A stretch of 62,444 nucleotides of DNA, counting the filler, from an uncultured bacterium (GTDB lineage Bacteria > Hinthialibacterota > Hinthialibacteria > Hinthialibacterales > Hinthialibacteraceae): assembly GCA_964449065.1 (NCBI GenBank). It is 4 parts of 4 records of this genome, joined end to end, with 100 filler letters (N's around TTAATTAATTAA, not from the genome) between each part and the next. Parts side by side here need not be neighbours in the genome. Positions count along the whole stretch, not along the records: positions 47,203 to 62,444 come from CAYVAZ010000100.1; 3 more parts are not named here. One strand, 5' to 3'. Numbering within the stretch: position 1 is the first letter of the stretch; every line of letters starts with the position of its first letter. A program made the position numbers and the translations under genes. Below are positions 60,223 through 62,444 of this stretch, piece after piece. A model generated the notes under the pieces. The model worked only from the letters and a program-made list of their open reading frames with translations. It did no database searches and was not told the origin of the DNA.

Positions 60223-62166
60223 ATGGGCGCTCGCATCAACACACTTTTTGCCATTTTTCTGGGCCTGTTCCTGCCTCTGGCCGGTGCCTGTGCGCATGAG
60301 GCCGGCGCGCCGCATGATCACGACCCGTCCCTGATCGCGAATTGGCATTTTCAGCCCGAGTACAGCCTGCCGGGCAATGCCGCTGTCAGCCCGCCGCGCC
60401 ATCCAAATCCCGCGCCTGAACGGATCGTGATGCAGGGCGAAACGGTGCCGCAGGTCTTTCTCGGTGCACGTGAGACGGGCCGCTACAGTGATCTGCTCAC
60501 CAGTGAAACGCTTCCGCAGGATGCTTTCACGATTGAGCTCTGGCTCCTTGAGCACGTCAACACTGATGTCGGCGCCCTTGCAGGCACATTCTCCGGCCCC
60601 GGAAAGCGCAACGGTCACTGGGCGCTCGGGCTCCACGGGAAGACGCTGGTCTTCGGCGCTCTCACCGATGGCGGCAAGGCGATCACGCTTGATGTGCCGG
60701 AGGCCGATCTCGATGCCTATAAGGGACGCTGGATACAGCTCGTTGGCAGCTGGGATGGCGAGATGTTTCGGCTCTACCATAATGGCCGTCTGGTCGGCGC
60801 AAAGGCGCCCGGGGACTTGCCGCAGTTGCCGGCAGATGCCCGGTTTGACCTGGTGAGTTTCACCGGGAATGAGCCCTTTATGCAATTCGAGAACCTGGTC
60901 CAGGGCGCGAGGGTTTATGATCGTGCGCTTTCTGGAAACGAGATCGAAGACTTGTTCGAAGTCCGTATCTCTGACATGGACGAGGGCTTCGTTCACCCGG
61001 GGCTCTTCCACTTTACCGCAGGCCCCTACCTTAACGCGCCGACCAAAAACTCCATGTCAATGATTGTCGAGACGGACCGTGAGGCCCGGCTGGAGGTGCG
61101 GTACGGCACCGATCCGAAGACGATGTCGGTCATCAACTCATCGCTCGCGAGGCTGCACGACATCACGCTGGAAGGGCTGGCGGCCGACACACCCTATTTC
61201 TACGAGGTGATTGCGCGCGATGGCGCCGGGCAGGGGATATCTTCCGGCCTGCTGACCTTCCAGACAGCCGTTTCACAAGGCCAGCCCTTCAGGTTCGCGA
61301 TCATCGGCGACACTGAAGCGCGACCCTTTGTCAACGATGCCGTAGCGAAAGGGGTCTGGGATGCGCGTCCGCATTTCGGCGTCCTGCTCGGGGATCTCAC
61401 CGATGGCGGTTTCCAGGACCGCCGTTTTGAATGGACCCATGAGTTCTTTGCCGGCATGGGGCCTCTCGCGGCGCGCGTGCCGATGATCGCTGCGCCCGGT
61501 AATGGCGAAGCCGATCTGGTCTGGTACCGACATTATCACGCGCTGCCAGGCGAAGAGAATTTCTACAGCTGGTCCTATGGCGACGTGGAATTCTTCGTCC
61601 TCGACAGCAATCTCGGTGACCGGGAAGAAGAGGAGCCTGGCTTCCGTGCGCGCCAGCGCGCCTGGCTCGAAGATGCACTGTCCAGTTCGGATGCGAAGTG
61701 GAAGATCGCTGTTCACCACCATCCGGTGTATACATCCGACGAGAACGATTATGGTAACAGCTGGCGCGAAGATGGCAGGGACATTGGCGACGCGCGCGTG
61801 CGCAACGACTTCATGGACCTTTACGATCGCTTTGGTGTCGACATGGTCCTTTATGGCCACATGCATGTCTACGAGCGCTCCCACCCCATGCGCGAAGGAT
61901 TGGTCGATGTCCTTGATGGCGTGATCTATGTCGGCGCGGGCGGCGGTGGCGGCAACCCTGAGGACTTCACGCCGACACGCCAAGGCTACAGCGCCTCGAC
62001 CTATCGCGGCTACCATTTTGGAATAATAGACGTGTCGGGCAACACAATCAGATACGAATTGCGCGACACTGAAGGCCGGTTGCGCGACACGCTCACGCTT
62101 GTCAAAACCGGAGCCGGACGGGCCACCCTCATCGAACAGGCTGTCGCCACCAGCACCTACGATTGA
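60223..62166 (+). CDS. Secreted LamG + FN3 + calcineurin-like metallophosphoesterase
   Basis: Signal peptide; LamG (FTIELW, LYHNG, YDRALS); GPYL FN3; GD, GDL.D, GNGE, HHP, GHMH motifs. Confidence 0.85.
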   Translation: MGARINTLFAIFLGLFLPLAGACAHEAGAPHDHDPSLIANWHFQPEYSLPGNAAVSPPRHPNPAPERIVMQGETVPQVFLGARETGRYSDLLTSETLPQDAFTIELWLLEHVNTDVGALAGTFSGPGKRNGHWALGLHGKTLVFGALTDGGKAITLDVPEADLDAYKGRWIQLVGSWDGEMFRLYHNGRLVGAKAPGDLPQLPADARFDLVSFTGNEPFMQFENLVQGARVYDRALSGNEIEDLFEVRISDMDEGFVHPGLFHFTAGPYLNAPTKNSMSMIVETDREARLEVRYGTDPKTMSVINSSLARLHDITLEGLAADTPYFYEVIARDGAGQGISSGLLTFQTAVSQGQPFRFAIIGDTEARPFVNDAVAKGVWDARPHFGVLLGDLTDGGFQDRRFEWTHEFFAGMGPLAARVPMIAAPGNGEADLVWYRHYHALPGEENFYSWSYGDVEFFVLDSNLGDREEEEPGFRARQRAWLEDALSSSDAKWKIAVHHHPVYTSDENDYGNSWREDGRDIGDARVRNDFMDLYDRFGVDMVLYGHMHVYERSHPMREGLVDVLDGVIYVGAGGGGGNPEDFTPTRQGYSASTYRGYHFGIIDVSGNTIRYELRDTEGRLRDTLTLVKTGAGRATLIEQAVATSTYD

Positions 62167-62444
62167 CCAAGCCAAGGCGGGTGCCTCATGACCCGCGTCA
62201 GGCAAAATTGAATTGCTGCTTTTTCGCCGTTGTGGCGCGTGTCCAGCATCAAAAACTGGGCTGGGACACGATTTTTTTTGAGACATGTCCGAACAACAAT
62301 TAACATTCCCGGCCAATGTCTCCTCCCGCGATCATCCAGCTCAAGCCCCCCGCCCCGTTTTGCGGTGCGTCAAACTTTCCGGATGCGCGGTCTTTCTGAG
62401 TTTGTGGACGTTGCCCGCGAGCAGGGGCGGCGGATGTTTGGCGG

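Noticed and set aside
57731..62316. Long antisense ORFs (57731-58822, 60196-61011, 61273-62316) and others such as 3356-4102 and 50928-51686
   Set aside because: Shadow ORFs opposite well-supported genes, expected from codon bias; no domain signal.

Overview
The window is four unrelated contigs joined by artificial 100-nt linkers (44 N + TTAATTAATTAA + 44 N) at 15939-16038, 31574-31673 and 47103-47202. Contig lengths descend (15938, 15535, 15429, 15242 nt), so synteny across linkers is meaningless. Contigs 1-3 share repeat families and appear to come from one moderate-GC diderm bacterium (possibly a Hinthialibacter/OLB16-like lineage; inference only). They carry an 850-aa flagellin with a sigma-28 promoter and long structured leader, secDF-ldt-hisG-argBDF, a dynamin-like GTPase pair, a sigma-28-driven DUF5610 gene, two LysM/M23 peptidases, several carbohydrate-active proteins, araB and purM. 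A DUF433/DUF5615 toxin-antitoxin pair has its toxin split by a 276-bp MITE, and many other MITE/REP-like elements are present. Contig 4 is clearly higher in GC, looks Hyphomonas/Caulobacterales-like, and holds the best candidate for a new system: a phosphonate(-ester) utilisation locus. It has two TonB receptors, a DUF5690 MFS, a PhoD-PA14 lipoprotein, a LamG-metallophosphoesterase with a GNG instead of GNH motif, a TIGR03364-type FAD amine oxidoreductase, PhnX, stand-alone PhnZ and PhnR, with three visible GntR operators and PHO-box-like repeats. No rRNA, tRNA or CRISPR array was seen.
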